NCBI RefSeq assembly: GCF_000022265.1
Contig: NC_011979.1
Location: forward strand, 1,920,001 to 1,952,000
DNA from: Geotalea daltonii FRC-32
GTDB lineage: Bacteria; Desulfobacterota; Desulfuromonadia; Geobacterales; Geobacteraceae
Direction: 5' to 3'
DNA: 32,000 bases
Below are positions 15,357 through 24,038 of the stretch, in pieces. The number at the start of each line of letters is the position of its first letter. Position 1 is the first letter of the stretch. The translations under genes were made by a program, and so were the position numbers. The notes beneath the pieces are model-generated. The model was not told where the DNA came from and ran no database searches. It worked only from the letters and a program-made list of their open reading frames with translations.

Positions 15357-16604
15357 ATGAAAAAATCATTTGTACTTATGGCTGCAGTAACCATACTGGG
15401 CAGCATGGCATCCATGGCCCGCGCGGCAACAGTTGAAGAACTGCAGCAGCAGGTTGATGAATTACGTAACCAGGTGAAGGCGATCAAGGCGCCGGCTCCT
15501 TCAGCGGAGAGTGGAGGGGACGGGTATGCGAAGAAAGTCTGGGATAATACCCGCTTTGGTGGATACGGCGAGCTGGATTACATCGTGACACGTGAAAACG
15601 GCAACGGCAAAGGGAGCAATGCCTTCGATCCGCATCGCTTCGTCCTGTATGTAAATTCCGACCTGAGCGACTGGATCACCTTGAATACCGAACTGGAATG
15701 GGAGCACGGCGGCGTCGGTGGTGACGTGAAGGACGGAAAAAAACTTTCGGGAGAGGTCTTGGTGGAGCAAGCTTTTCTCCAGTTCAAGCTGTCGCGTCCC
15801 CTCAATCTCAAAGCAGGTATCATGCTCGTTCCTCTAGGTGCGACTAATCTCTACCATGAGCCGACAAACTTCAATTCCAGCGAAAGGCCACAGCTGGACC
15901 GTTATCTGATTCCCTCAACCTGGTCTGAGATGGGAGCAGGGATCTATGGCTCTCTGGGGACCAAGGTAGATTACGAGTTGCTGGTGATGAACGGATTGGA
16001 CGGCGCAGGCTTTTCGGCCAAGGACGGCGTCCGTGGCGGCAGGCAGAACCTGAATGCCGACGTAAACAGGAACAAGGCTGTTGCCGGCAGGTTGGAAGTA
16101 CGTCCCTTCACCAACCTCTACACCAACTTCTCCTTTTACACCGCCAATTCAGCCAAGGTAGGCACTGCATACACCACCATCGCAGCCTTTGACGGCAAAT
16201 ACAGCATTGGCGATCTTGACTTGGCAGGAGAATATGTGCATGTCTACCAGGACGATCCTCGCGCATTGGGGGTAACGGATATCGGCCACAACATGTCCGG
16301 CTATTGGGTCGAGGGTGCCTACCATGTCCTGCCGAAGAGCCTGAAGAAGGGTAAGCTGTCGGAGGCCGATGCCCTGATCTTTGCCCGCTATTCTGAATTC
16401 GATACCCAGCAGGGTTCAATAGGTGATCCGAGCAAGGCCAGCGGCAAATACGACCGAAACTACACCAATTTCGGCATCGTCTTCAAACCGACGACAACCT
16501 TATCGGTGAAGGCCGATTACCAGGTTTACGACGACCATCGCAAAGCCGGAGAGAAAGCACTTGATAACGACAAGTTCCAGGTGACGCTTGGTTTCGTGTT
16601 CTGA
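15357..16604 (+). CDS. Outer-membrane porin, phosphate-selective porin O/P-like
   Basis: The start is ATG 15357, behind AAGGAGA. The signal peptide is MKKSFVLMAAVTILGSMASMARA. An N-terminal coiled-coil segment follows, then alternating beta-strand sequence ending in the C-terminal barrel signature TLGFVF. Confidence 0.75.
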   Translation: MKKSFVLMAAVTILGSMASMARAATVEELQQQVDELRNQVKAIKAPAPSAESGGDGYAKKVWDNTRFGGYGELDYIVTRENGNGKGSNAFDPHRFVLYVNSDLSDWITLNTELEWEHGGVGGDVKDGKKLSGEVLVEQAFLQFKLSRPLNLKAGIMLVPLGATNLYHEPTNFNSSERPQLDRYLIPSTWSEMGAGIYGSLGTKVDYELLVMNGLDGAGFSAKDGVRGGRQNLNADVNRNKAVAGRLEVRPFTNLYTNFSFYTANSAKVGTAYTTIAAFDGKYSIGDLDLAGEYVHVYQDDPRALGVTDIGHNMSGYWVEGAYHVLPKSLKKGKLSEADALIFARYSEFDTQQGSIGDPSKASGKYDRNYTNFGIVFKPTTTLSVKADYQVYDDHRKAGEKALDNDKFQVTLGFVF

Positions 16605-16626
16605 TGAAATACTCCTCTGCTTACAT

Positions 16627-16664
16627 CCCCTCGATCTCCCTATGAAATAGGGGGGATCGAGGGG
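16627..16664 (+). other. Strong GC-rich stem-loop immediately after the porin stop codon
   Basis: CCCCTCGATC pairs with GATCGAGGGG (10 bp), and an inner CCCTA/TAGGG stem adds 5 bp. No U-tract follows. Confidence 0.4.
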
Positions 16665-16710
16665 GGAAGCCGGAGAGCTTCACATCGTAAGTTTTCCGGA
16701 TGGAAAACAG

Positions 16711-16746
16711 AAAAAAGGGCACCCCGGTCGGGGCGCCCTTTTTTTC
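16711..16746. terminator. Bidirectional rho-independent terminator between the porin gene and the TPR gene
   Basis: The sequence reads AAAAAA-GGGCACCCC-ggtc-GGGGCGCCC-TTTTTTTT. It is a GC stem with one mismatch, flanked by an A-run and a T-run. Confidence 0.75.
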
Positions 16747-16756
16747 TGTCCATGAT

Positions 16757-17200
16757 TTATCGCAACCCCAGGCGGGAGAGCAGTAATCCCAGATATTTGT
16801 TCAAAGGGTGGCTTCGCTTGAGGGAGGGGAACAGCGGAGATTTCCTTCTTCCGCAATGGGCCAGTTCACGGCTTATCCTGTTGCCGCTGTCGTATTGGAT
16901 GCCGTTACGCAGGGTCTGCAGTGCCTTTTCCTTCTCTCCTGCCAGCCAATAAACCTTTCCCAGGTTGAGGTGCAGAAGCGGGTTGGTCTGGTCGGCAGCA
17001 AGGGCTTCTCTGGCCATGCCTATGGCATCGGCGTATTCGCGCCGCGTTTTAGCCAGGCAGAGAGCCAGGCAGGACAGGTTTTCCGGTGTCTTTTCCAGAG
17101 TCGCTGCCCGCTCGAAACAGGTGCGGGCAAGATAGTCATGATCACGTTCGAGTGCTTCAAGTCCCTTGTCGTGCAGTTCCTCTGCTTCTTTCGACTTCAT
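16757..17200 (-). CDS. TPR-repeat protein
   Basis: The start is set at ATG 17200, behind an AAGAGGTG RBS. The longer track ORF would overlap folA. TPR-like helices are present (AEELHDKGLEALERDHDYLARTCFERAA, LLHLNLGKVYWLAGEKEKALQTL). Confidence 0.7.
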   Translation of the reverse strand: MKSKEAEELHDKGLEALERDHDYLARTCFERAATLEKTPENLSCLALCLAKTRREYADAIGMAREALAADQTNPLLHLNLGKVYWLAGEKEKALQTLRNGIQYDSGNRISRELAHCGRRKSPLFPSLKRSHPLNKYLGLLLSRLGLR

Positions 17201-17267
17201 TGCCACACCTCTTACTGCACCCCGTTCTGTCCAGGTTGTCAGAACCGATGCAGGTATTGAACCAGCT

Positions 17268-17735
17268 TCACTTGACCAGCAGAAGGAAAGTATATGAGGG
17301 AAGATTATCTGCGGTGTTACTTTCCACTTCGACAAATTCTTCGGTTATTTTAGGGAAATAAGTATCACCTTCATAAACCTGGTGGATGACGGTCAGGTAG
17401 ATCCTGTTGGCCAAGGGGAGCGCCTGACGATAAATGTCACCCCCCCCGCAGATAAAGATTTCCTCTACGTCGCCGGCTAGCTTGATGGCGGCAGGCAGAT
17501 CATGGGCAACCAGACATCCCCTGGCTTGATAGTCTTTCTGCCTGGTGACGATGATGTTTTTCCGCCCATCCAAGGGAAAACCGATGCTTTCAAAGGTCTT
17601 TCTTCCCATTATTACCGGATGTCCGAGGGTGAGTGACCTGAATCTTTTCCTGTCTGCCGGCAGGTCCCACGGGATGGTATTTTTATCACCGATAACCCTG
17701 TTTTCTGACATGGCAGCTATTAGCGATATGATCAT
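17268..17735 (-). CDS. folA: Dihydrofolate reductase
   Basis: MIISLIAAMSENRVIGDKNTIPWDLPADRKRFRSLTLGHPVIMGRKTFESIG is the classic DHFR N-terminal signature. The start is ATG 17735, 14 nt after the mutS2 stop. Confidence 0.9.
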   Translation of the reverse strand: MIISLIAAMSENRVIGDKNTIPWDLPADRKRFRSLTLGHPVIMGRKTFESIGFPLDGRKNIIVTRQKDYQARGCLVAHDLPAAIKLAGDVEEIFICGGGDIYRQALPLANRIYLTVIHQVYEGDTYFPKITEEFVEVESNTADNLPSYTFLLLVK

Positions 17736-17748
17736 AAAACCGCCAACA

Positions 17749-20103
17749 TCAGCGCATTGTAGCAAAGGTTACGCCGTTGCCCCCCTCATGCTGATCGCCG
17801 ACGCGGTATTCCCTTACCAGCGGATGACCGTCCAGATGCTCACGCACCCCTTTCATCAATGCACCGGTGCCTGTGCCGTGGATTATCTTCACTTCTCCCA
17901 GTCCTGCGGTCGAAGCCCTGTTGAGGAATGTCTCCAGTTGTGAAAGGGCTTCGTCCACCCTCAATCCCAACAGCCTGAGCTCGTGAGAGGTCTCGGGCTC
18001 CTCGATGGCCTTTCGCCGTGATGGTTCTTCCTTCATCTTCACCCCGCGCTTTAATGCCACATCACCGGCAGATACTTCCACCTCCCTATGCCCTACCTTC
18101 AGTCTTAACCGCTGCTGTTTTTCGTCAATGCGGGCAATGGTGGCGTCAAAGCCAAGGGATCTGACAAAAACAGTGTCTCCCACCGAGAGTTCCTGCAAGG
18201 CAGGGGATACATCTTCCTGGTATTCCCGGAGTTTCTTTTCCAGCTCCCCCCCCATTTTCTCCAGTTTTTTCAGGGAATCCCCGGACTTTTCCCGGCGTGC
18301 CTTGTCAAGGATGGCCCTTGTCTCGCGTTTGACCGTGGTGACCACATCCCTGGCTTCGGCAAAGGCTTTGCCCATTGCCTGCCGTTTTGCTTCTTCAGCC
18401 TGGGCCAGACGCATGGAAAGAAGGCGTTCCCGCTCGGCAGCCCTCTGTTCCCGCGCATCCAGGTCCGCTATCAATTCCGAGTATCGCTGTCGTTTTTCCT
18501 TGAGCTCTGCCAGCAGGGCATGAAAATCGGCCTCTCTCGTGCCGATCATCCTTTCGGCAAAGTCGATGACTTTTGCAGGCATACCATAGCGCCTGGCGAT
18601 GTCGATGGCGTGGGATTGTCCCGGCTCGCCGCTCTGCAACCGGTAAAGGGGGGTCAGGTTAGCATGGTCGAATTCCATGGAGGCGTTGGTCATGCCGGGG
18701 GTCCGATGGACAAAGGCCACTATGTCGGTCAGGTGAGTCGTGGCAATGACAAGGGCTCCCTTTTCCTGCAGCTCTTTAAGAACGCCGCAGGATATGGCGG
18801 CCCCCTGTCCGGGCTCGGTGCCGGTTCCCAATTCATCCAGGAGCACAATACTTAGTTTACCAGTTTTGTGGAGGATTTCAGCCATATTTGCCACATGGGC
18901 TGAGAAGGTGGACAGGCTGCTTTCAATGGATTGGTCATCCCCCATGTCCACGAGCAGGTTGTCGGCCAGGGGAATGGACGAAGAAGGAGCCGCCGGGATC
19001 GGTATCCCGGAGAGCCCCATGGCCAGAAGAAGTCCCACAGTCTTGATGGCGATGGTTTTTCCCCCGGCGTTGGGGCCGGTGATGACCATTATACTGTCGT
19101 CTGCCGGTGGTGTGCCGAGGCGGATATTGAGCGGTACCGGTTCGTGGCCGTTGCCCCTGTCGCGCATAAGCATCAACAGCGGGTGGCGCGCCCCATTCAG
19201 TTCGATTTCACCGCCATCGTTGATAAAGGGTGCATTTGCTCCGAGCTGATCGGCAAACCGGGCTATGCTGTTGAGGGTATCAAGTCGGACGAGGGTCTGG
19301 AATTCCACGTTTATGTCATCGGCGGCAATACGAATCTCCTGGCAGATGGCCCGGATGATGCGGATTTCCTCCCCCTTTATCTCTGCCCCCAGGTTTTCCA
19401 GCTCATTGGCTAGGCTTATGATCTCCAGTGGCTCCATGAAGGCTGTTTCACCGGTATTTGAAACATCGTGGACAACCCCTGCCACCATTCCTTTTGAATC
19501 CATGCGCACTGGAATGACCCATCTCCCCCCTCGCTGGGTTACGAACTCGTCCTGAAGGAAGAGAGCTATCTTCGGCTCGCGGATGATCTCCTCCAGCCGT
19601 TTTCTGATCCGCGCCGTCAGGCTCCTTTTTTTGCCACGCAAATCCTGGAGCAGTGGCGAAGCCGAGTCAAGGATATTGCCCTCGAAATCCAGGGTCGTTT
19701 CCAGTCGATCGAGGAGGTGTGGAAAACCGGTGAGATTTCCCGCCAGGTCCTTGATGAGAGGTATATCGTTGCGATAGGCAAGCTGTTTAGCCAGGGAAGA
19801 GAGCACCTGAAAAAAGGGGGTGAGGATGGCAAGGTCGTGGTGGTCGAGCACTGCCCCTTCCGGGCGCACTGCTTCCAGGAGCGGTGTTATATCCTCAAAG
19901 GTCGATAGCCGCAGGGGTACCCTTACCTGAGCCAGCCTTCTGATTTCTTCAATCTGGCCGAACTGTGTTTCAAGCCTTTCCCTTATATGGAAAGGGAGGA
20001 TTTCCGAGATGAATTTTCGGGAGGGGGCACTATTGGCGAAACCGGCAATGAAGGAAAGAATTTTTTCGAATTCAAGGAGGTGCAGGGAATCCTTTTTTAT
20101 CAT
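17749..20103 (-). CDS. mutS2: Endonuclease MutS2 (MutS-family ATPase with a C-terminal Smr domain)
   Basis: The 784-aa protein has Walker A ITGPNAGGKT, the MutS block STFSAHV, LLDELGTGTEP and THL. A coiled-coil linker is followed by a C-terminal Smr domain (LRLLGLRVDEAL..IIHGTGTGAL). Confidence 0.9.
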   Translation of the reverse strand: MIKKDSLHLLEFEKILSFIAGFANSAPSRKFISEILPFHIRERLETQFGQIEEIRRLAQVRVPLRLSTFEDITPLLEAVRPEGAVLDHHDLAILTPFFQVLSSLAKQLAYRNDIPLIKDLAGNLTGFPHLLDRLETTLDFEGNILDSASPLLQDLRGKKRSLTARIRKRLEEIIREPKIALFLQDEFVTQRGGRWVIPVRMDSKGMVAGVVHDVSNTGETAFMEPLEIISLANELENLGAEIKGEEIRIIRAICQEIRIAADDINVEFQTLVRLDTLNSIARFADQLGANAPFINDGGEIELNGARHPLLMLMRDRGNGHEPVPLNIRLGTPPADDSIMVITGPNAGGKTIAIKTVGLLLAMGLSGIPIPAAPSSSIPLADNLLVDMGDDQSIESSLSTFSAHVANMAEILHKTGKLSIVLLDELGTGTEPGQGAAISCGVLKELQEKGALVIATTHLTDIVAFVHRTPGMTNASMEFDHANLTPLYRLQSGEPGQSHAIDIARRYGMPAKVIDFAERMIGTREADFHALLAELKEKRQRYSELIADLDAREQRAAERERLLSMRLAQAEEAKRQAMGKAFAEARDVVTTVKRETRAILDKARREKSGDSLKKLEKMGGELEKKLREYQEDVSPALQELSVGDTVFVRSLGFDATIARIDEKQQRLRLKVGHREVEVSAGDVALKRGVKMKEEPSRRKAIEEPETSHELRLLGLRVDEALSQLETFLNRASTAGLGEVKIIHGTGTGALMKGVREHLDGHPLVREYRVGDQHEGGNGVTFATMR

Positions 20104-22706
20104 CGATTCTCCGAGAGACGGTGCAAAACCGGTATTTTACCTATTGCCGCTTCCCTGCCGGCTTTGTCCGTACCCAGCTTTATCATGCCGGTCATGAAGC
20201 CGATCAGCTCCAGAAATTGCACCGCATCCGCGATGACCCCGGGGAGTTGGGCCGCAGAGGCCGGCTGGTTATCAGTGTTATAGACAAGTATCTTGTTGTT
20301 TTCAGTTAGAACGATGGCCACATAAACGTAGCATTCTTCCCCACGTTTCATGGCACAGATGTAGCCTTTACAACTCTGACTCGGATTCCCTTCCAACGCT
20401 ACCCGTGCCAGGTTTGAGGATTCATGCAATTCAATGATCTCTTCTTGGGAGGAATATTCAATGCTGTGAAGTGCAGGATCGCAGGTGAAGGTACTGCCGC
20501 TGCCCCCTGTTGAAGAGTTGTTGCTGAAAAAGGTGCCATCATCGTTGTCGGGAAATGCAAATGGATCACTGCCGGCTTCCACGGGCGGTCCGCCGTAATC
20601 GATGGGGTCAGAAGCGGTCATGGCAGCTCTTTTCCATGCCCCTACCGAAGAAACGGATACATTGAGTTCCCCTTCGGAGGCCATCTTGCGCCCGGAAGAT
20701 TTGTCCTGGTGCCTTTTTTTCTCCTCCTGGACGCCAGGGGCCGACGCTGAGCCAGCATTTTCCGATTGGAGGCTGAGTCGTTCTTCCTCAGCTTTCAATC
20801 TTAAAGCCATCAGACGATCTGTTTCTGCTTTCAGGCGGGATGCTTCCTCTGCTGCAGCTTTCCATTCCGCTTCGGCCTTTGTCTTTTCCTCACGCAGTCG
20901 CTCGATCTCTGCCTTATGCAGGCTGATATCTACTGCAGAGGAATGATCTTCCTTCTTTCGATCTTCCTGTACATCCGCAGACCTGTCCACCTTTCCGCCA
21001 GGGGGAGTGGGAGGTTCAGTAACTGCTTCTATGGTTTCTTCACGGCGAGCATCAGAAGCTGTCAATGGGGTGTCTGCAGCCTGATAAGCTGCTTGTTCCG
21101 CAAAGATTTTTTTCTCGAGGATTTTTTCGATCATTATCCTCTCTGCTTCAGCGGCTTCAAGTGCGCTTCTCAGTTCTGCGGTTTTTGCTGACAGCAGCTC
21201 TTCAGCAGCAGCCTTTTCAGCCGCCGCAGCTTTTGCCTCATTTTTTGCACTTATGCACCGTCCCGTTGCACGCTCTTCGAACTGGCCGATGATGTCTACG
21301 GTTTCTTCAGCAGCGATCCTGTCCTCATTGGTCTTTCTTACAGTGCGTCTTACCTCCTCCGCCTGCTCCTCTGCAATCTTTTCTTCCTCGTTTTTCTGCA
21401 GGAACAGCTGTTCTGCTTCCATACGCGCTGCAGTGGCGGCTGCCAGGGTGTCCTGTGCTGCAAGGGCTCTTTTTTCAGCCAGCTTCTCCGCTTCCAGCAG
21501 TTTCACCAATCTTTCTTCTGCAGCAAGTCTCTCCGCCCGGGCTTTTTCAGCAGCCTCTTTTTCTTCCAAAATGGTGTCTGCGGCATTTTTTTCAGCTTCC
21601 GACAGAGCTGAAATCCGTTCTTCAGCAGCCAGTTTTTCAGCTTCAAGCTTTTCCTTGATCTGCCGGGCGATTTCCGCCTTTTCCGCCACCATCTTTTCAG
21701 CTTCCTGCCGCTCTTCGGTGGCCAGTTCGGCGAGACGTCGGTTTTCTTCAGTTTTTATTCTCGCCGCTTCCTCGGCAGCCTTCCGCTCCTCTTCGGCCTT
21801 GACCCTCGCCGCTTCCTCGGCAGCCTTCCGCTCCTCTTCGGCCTTGATCCTCGCCGCTTCCTCGGCAGCCTTCCGCTCCTCTTCGGCCTTGATCCTCGCC
21901 GCTTCCTCGGCAGCCTTCCGCTCCTCTTCGGCCTTGATCCTCGCCGCTTCCTCGGCGGCCTTCCGTTCCTCCTCGGCCTTGACCCTCGCCGCTTCCTCGG
22001 CGGCCTTCCGTTCCTCCTCGGCCTTGACCCTCGCCGCTTCTTCGGCAGCCTTCCGCTCCTCCTCGGCCTTGACCCTCGCCGCTTCCTCGGCAGCCTTCCG
22101 CTCCTCTTCAGCCTTGACCCTCGCCGCTTCCTCAGCAGCCTTCCGCTCCTCTTCAGCCTTGATCCTTGCTGCCTCTTCAGCAGCTTTGCGCTCTTTATCT
22201 GCCTTAGCCTTTGCTGCTTCTTCAGCTTTTTTTCGCGCTGAGTCTTCCTCGACACGGCGCGTTTCTCCGTCTTCTATAGCTGCTGTTTTTTCTGTGGCTG
22301 CCTGTTTTCTGGCAGCCAACCTTGCGGCGCTTACCGGCCGGATAACGCGGATGCCGCGCAGCACAACTTCCCTCAAGGCAACACTGTAATTCAGGTCAAC
22401 ATGCTCCATTTCGAAGCCCATGTCCTTTAAAAATTCCAGGGCTTCCTCCAGCAGCAGTTCAGGTCCCGCCAGGATGGCTGCCTCACCTGCAGCAATGTAG
22501 ACAAGAGCTTTTTTGCTGTTGCGGGTGGCGAGTGCAACGTAGACCTGCAGTGCTTCACCTTCTTTAATTGAACAGATGAATGCTTCGTATAGCTGCTTGG
22601 GAAGGCCGTTTGGAGTGATAGCAACGGCAGATCGCGATTTATAAATGTCTGTAATGTCCGATTCTGCTGCTTCTATGCAGTCAACCGATTCTTTCAAAGT
22701 GAACAT
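20100..22706 (-). CDS. Cytoplasmic 868-aa protein of unknown function: duplicated terminal globular domains joined by a long E/K/R/A-rich helical repeat region
   Basis: A GGAG RBS precedes ATG 22706. There is no signal peptide. The N-terminal segment AFICSIKEGEALQVYVALATRNSKKALVY..ALEFLKDMGF is matched near the C-terminus by GYICAMKRGEECYVYVAIVLTENNKILVY..AVQFLELIGF. About 600 aa of charged helical sequence lie between them, including 11 x 15-aa AEEAAR(V/I)KAEEERKA repeats. Stop TGA 20100-20102 overlaps the mutS2 ATG 20101-20103. Confidence 0.85.
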   Translation of the reverse strand: MFTLKESVDCIEAAESDITDIYKSRSAVAITPNGLPKQLYEAFICSIKEGEALQVYVALATRNSKKALVYIAAGEAAILAGPELLLEEALEFLKDMGFEMEHVDLNYSVALREVVLRGIRVIRPVSAARLAARKQAATEKTAAIEDGETRRVEEDSARKKAEEAAKAKADKERKAAEEAARIKAEEERKAAEEAARVKAEEERKAAEEAARVKAEEERKAAEEAARVKAEEERKAAEEAARVKAEEERKAAEEAARIKAEEERKAAEEAARIKAEEERKAAEEAARIKAEEERKAAEEAARVKAEEERKAAEEAARIKTEENRRLAELATEERQEAEKMVAEKAEIARQIKEKLEAEKLAAEERISALSEAEKNAADTILEEKEAAEKARAERLAAEERLVKLLEAEKLAEKRALAAQDTLAAATAARMEAEQLFLQKNEEEKIAEEQAEEVRRTVRKTNEDRIAAEETVDIIGQFEERATGRCISAKNEAKAAAAEKAAAEELLSAKTAELRSALEAAEAERIMIEKILEKKIFAEQAAYQAADTPLTASDARREETIEAVTEPPTPPGGKVDRSADVQEDRKKEDHSSAVDISLHKAEIERLREEKTKAEAEWKAAAEEASRLKAETDRLMALRLKAEEERLSLQSENAGSASAPGVQEEKKRHQDKSSGRKMASEGELNVSVSSVGAWKRAAMTASDPIDYGGPPVEAGSDPFAFPDNDDGTFFSNNSSTGGSGSTFTCDPALHSIEYSSQEEIIELHESSNLARVALEGNPSQSCKGYICAMKRGEECYVYVAIVLTENNKILVYNTDNQPASAAQLPGVIADAVQFLELIGFMTGMIKLGTDKAGREAAIGKIPVLHRLSENR
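21716..22255 (-). repeat. In-frame 45-bp tandem repeat array: 9 near-identical units at 21761-22165, plus degenerate flanking units
   Basis: The unit is tcgccgcttcctcggcagccttccgctcctcttcggccttga(c/t)cc. Units 21806-21850, 21851-21895 and 21896-21940 are identical to each other. Units 21941-21985 and 21986-22030 are identical to each other. The units encode AEEAAR(V/I)KAEEERKA. Confidence 0.95.
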
Positions 22707-22770
22707 GGAAACTCCATAAACAGGACTTCGGTGATAATAACATTAAAATTTACAACTTTATTCAAAAAAT

Positions 22771-23958
22771 TCACAAAAACCAGCTCACTGGTGCGCAGAC
22801 GCGCTCCATCATGCGAACCAACCAACCACGCTGCTCATGCTCAGCAAGTACAATCCTTCTTGATCTTGCCAGGTCAGCCATCAGCATCTGCGAAACCTGC
22901 GCGCCGAACGATGGGCTGTCGACAATGACATTGACCTCATAATTGCGATGAAAGCTGCGCTGGTCCAAATTGGCCGAGCCTATCACCGACCAGCAGCTGT
23001 CGATTATCATGACCTTCGCATGAAGAATAGTTCCTTGCCGTTCGTAAATTTCGATGCCGTTCTTCAACAGCGATGCGTAATAGCTTCTGCTGACGAGGCG
23101 GACTATGGGGACGTCGCTTTTGGCCGGGAGGATGAGGCGCACCTGTACTCCTCGGCCGACAGCGCGAAGCAGCGAGCGGATTACACGTGGCCCGGGGACA
23201 AAGTAAGGATTGGCGATGACGATGCTTTCCGAAGCACCGGCAATAGCCATGCGGAAGGCGCTGCGAATGAATGAACGGTTATGGTGGGGGCCGCCATTGA
23301 CGATAAGCACTTCGTCCTCACCGGCACTGTCCAGCAGGTAAGGGTCAACGCAACCTTCAGGGATGGTCGACCTCTCCCTGTGCCAGTTTTCCCGGAAAAG
23401 CCGGTTCAATTCCGGTACGGCAGGACCTTCAAGGCGTATCCCCACATCGCGCCAACGGTCGAAGTCCTCGCCGCATCCGGCATATTCATCGCCGATGTTC
23501 AGTCCGCCGGTGAAGGCTGTTCTGCCATCGATGACGGCAATTTTCCGGTGATCGCGCTTATCGAACCAGCCTATACCCTTGCTGAAGGTGGGGGGATTGA
23601 AGGGGCAGCAGACGATCCCCCCTTTCTCAAGCCTGCGAAAATAGGCACCGGGGGTGTCGAAGCAGCCGATATAGTCGTAGAGGAGATAAACCTTTACTCC
23701 GCGTTCTGCAGCCTGGAGAACGGCATCAGCCAGGGCACGGCCGGTGTTGTCGTCACGGATGAGATAGAATTCGAGGCAGATTACCTTTTCTGCCTGGCCA
23801 ATTGCCTGAAACAGAGCAGAAAAAAACTCTTCCCCGTTTCTGAAGAGTTCCACCCTGTTTCCTCTGGAGGCAGCGGCATCGGTGTTTCTTCTGAACATGT
23901 TGAAGAAGCGGGGGGTGCGAAAGATGCGATATTTTCTTTTCCGCCGTATTAGGGACAT
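22771..23958 (-). CDS. cls: Phospholipase D-family cardiolipin synthase (ClsB-like, no N-terminal TM helices)
   Basis: Two HKD motifs are present: HRKIAVIDGRTAFTGGLNIGDEY and HAKVMIIDSCWSVIGSANLDQRS. Confidence 0.85.
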   Translation of the reverse strand: MSLIRRKRKYRIFRTPRFFNMFRRNTDAAASRGNRVELFRNGEEFFSALFQAIGQAEKVICLEFYLIRDDNTGRALADAVLQAAERGVKVYLLYDYIGCFDTPGAYFRRLEKGGIVCCPFNPPTFSKGIGWFDKRDHRKIAVIDGRTAFTGGLNIGDEYAGCGEDFDRWRDVGIRLEGPAVPELNRLFRENWHRERSTIPEGCVDPYLLDSAGEDEVLIVNGGPHHNRSFIRSAFRMAIAGASESIVIANPYFVPGPRVIRSLLRAVGRGVQVRLILPAKSDVPIVRLVSRSYYASLLKNGIEIYERQGTILHAKVMIIDSCWSVIGSANLDQRSFHRNYEVNVIVDSPSFGAQVSQMLMADLARSRRIVLAEHEQRGWLVRMMERVCAPVSWFL

Positions 23959-24002
23959 GGAATCAGCCGATGCAGGTGAGGTAAAAGTCTCCGGATTGCG
24001 CC

Positions 24003-24038
24003 CGAAAAAAAGTAAAGGCGCGGTTTAAAGCCGCGCCT
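24003..24038 (-). terminator. Rho-independent terminator of the aspA-nfu transcript
   Basis: On the minus strand, AGGCGCGG-ctttaaa-CCGCGCCT forms an 8-bp stem followed by TTTACTTTTTTT. Confidence 0.7.

Noticed and set aside
21716-22255. Possible CRISPR array, because of regularly spaced repeats
   Set aside because: The repeats are directly tandem with no unique spacers. The unit is 45 bp and in frame within a long ORF. No cas genes are present.
21253-22389. A 378-aa Ser/Ala-rich + strand ORF and a 166-aa Arg-rich minus-strand ORF (21755..22255) across the repeats
   Set aside because: These are alternative-frame and antisense readings of the same 45-bp repeat array. Periodic repeats keep all frames open. 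Only the 868-aa frame has an RBS, non-repetitive flanking domains and coupling to mutS2.
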